The translations under genes were made by a program, and so were the position numbers. The notes beneath the pieces are model-generated. The model was not told the DNA's origin. It worked only from the letters and a program-made list of their open reading frames with translations, and made no database searches. Shown in pieces: positions 63,026-64,000 of a stretch of 64,000 bases of DNA. Within the stretch, counting starts at the first letter, position 1, and every line of letters starts with the position of its first letter. Origin of the DNA: an uncultured delta proteobacterium. GTDB lineage: Bacteria > Desulfobacterota > Binatia > UBA9968. The stretch is taken from the NCBI GenBank assembly GCA_963816145.1, contig CAWFJP010000029.1:32001-96000 (forward strand), read 5' to 3'.

Positions 63026-64000
63026 ATGATCCGCATCGTTCATATCCTGAATCAATTTTTTGCCGGCATCGGCGGCGAGGACAAAGCCGATATGGCCGTG
63101 GCGGTTGCCGACGGCGCGGTGGGCGCGGCGCGCGGACTGCAAGCCCAGCTGGGCGAGCGCGGCCAGGTGATCGCGACGGTTTACTTCGGCGATAATTATT
63201 TTCATGAGCACAAAGATCAAGCCCTGGCGGCGATTCTCGCTGAGTTGGCGAAGCAAAAGCCCGATACAATTGTCGCCGGCCCGGCTTTCAATGCCGGCCG
63301 CTACGGGCTTGCTTGCGCGGAGATTTGCCAGGCGGTGAGCGAGACGCTCGGACTACGCTGCGTCACCGGCATGGAGCCGGAGAATCCCGGCGTCGGGGTT
63401 TACCGCGATTACCATAACGACAAAGTGTTTTTGCTGCCGACGGCGGAGACCGCGTCGGGCATGGCGCGAGCGCTGACCGCGATGGCGCCATTCGCTTGCC
63501 GTCTCGCTTACGGCGAGGAGATCGGACCGGCGGCCGACGAGGGCTATCTGCCGCGCGGCATTCGCCGCTTGGTGCAGGTCGACAAGAGTGGCGCCGATCG
63601 TGCCATCGAGATGTTGCTCGCCAAGATCGCCGGCAAGCCTTTTACGACCGAGATACCGATGGAAGTTTGGGACAAAGTCGAGCCGGCGGCGCCGCTGCCT
63701 AACGTCGCAGCGGCGAACTTGGCGGTGATCTGCACCGGCGGCGTCGTGCCTTGGGGCAATCCGGATGGTTTCAAAACTTACCGCAATACATTCTGGCGCA
63801 AGTACAACTTCTCCGAAGTGAAAGCGTTGGAGCCCGGCAAATGGGAAGCGGTGCATGGCGGTTACAATGTCGCCTTCATGAATAAAAATCCGCATTACGG
63901 CATGCCGCTCGATGCGCTGCGATCCTTGGAAGCGGACGGCAAGATTGGCCGCGGCAAGCTCTATCCGGCTTATTATGTCATTCCTGGCAACCAAGGCTCG
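63026..64000 (+). CDS. Glycine/sarcosine/betaine reductase component B (GrdB-like), partial, runs off the window end
   Basis: Absent from the ORF track. Reads MIRIVHILNQFFAGIGGEDKA...GDNYF...AGPAFNAGRYG..C...ENPG...GY.PRG.R...TGGVVP.GNPD...HGGY. Confidence 0.9.
   Translation, partial: MIRIVHILNQFFAGIGGEDKADMAVAVADGAVGAARGLQAQLGERGQVIATVYFGDNYFHEHKDQALAAILAELAKQKPDTIVAGPAFNAGRYGLACAEICQAVSETLGLRCVTGMEPENPGVGVYRDYHNDKVFLLPTAETASGMARALTAMAPFACRLAYGEEIGPAADEGYLPRGIRRLVQVDKSGADRAIEMLLAKIAGKPFTTEIPMEVWDKVEPAAPLPNVAAANLAVICTGGVVPWGNPDGFKTYRNTFWRKYNFSEVKALEPGKWEAVHGGYNVAFMNKNPHYGMPLDALRSLEADGKIGRGKLYPAYYVIPGNQGS

Overview
GC-rich bacterial chromosomal segment, probably from a deltaproteobacterial/Candidatus Binatia-like lineage. 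This is inferred from gene content: the tilS-ftsH-folP-cdaA-cdaR-glmM-pdxJ-nnr and tsaE-lysC-cimA-cysE-mnmA-mtaB-rnc runs, several NMT1-like binding proteins and a GrdB-like gene. 1-12 kb: a winged-helix/AAA-ATPase/TPR regulator transcribed divergently from four secreted modular proteins (DNRLRE-collagen, Kelch plus nine Ig-like repeats, a small secreted protein, a PEP-CTERM-like/PPC protein), with a shared AATTTTACCG box upstream of the first two. 12-15 kb: an IS3 remnant, toxin-antitoxin modules and a diverged copy of the 3' end of the neighbouring DUF1329 gene. 15-22 kb: a YCF48-RND-DUF1302-DUF1329 operon and an IS200 element. 22-31 kb: accessory metabolic and transport genes. 31.6-54.5 kb: housekeeping genes, interrupted between nnr and tsaE by a ~5 kb island (TA pair, glycosyltransferase split by an ISH6-like IS, low-GC gene). 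54.7-64 kb: an atypical Sdh/Frd-like flavoprotein with a stand-alone 2Fe-2S partner, a sulfatase maturase, and MAPEG, aldolase, ABC-binding and GrdB-like genes. Many intergenic spaces hold REP/MITE-like palindromes of several families. Several frameshifts, including two in mnmA, suggest indel-type sequencing error. No rRNA, tRNA or CRISPR array was recognised. All family calls come from motif recognition by eye, not database searches.
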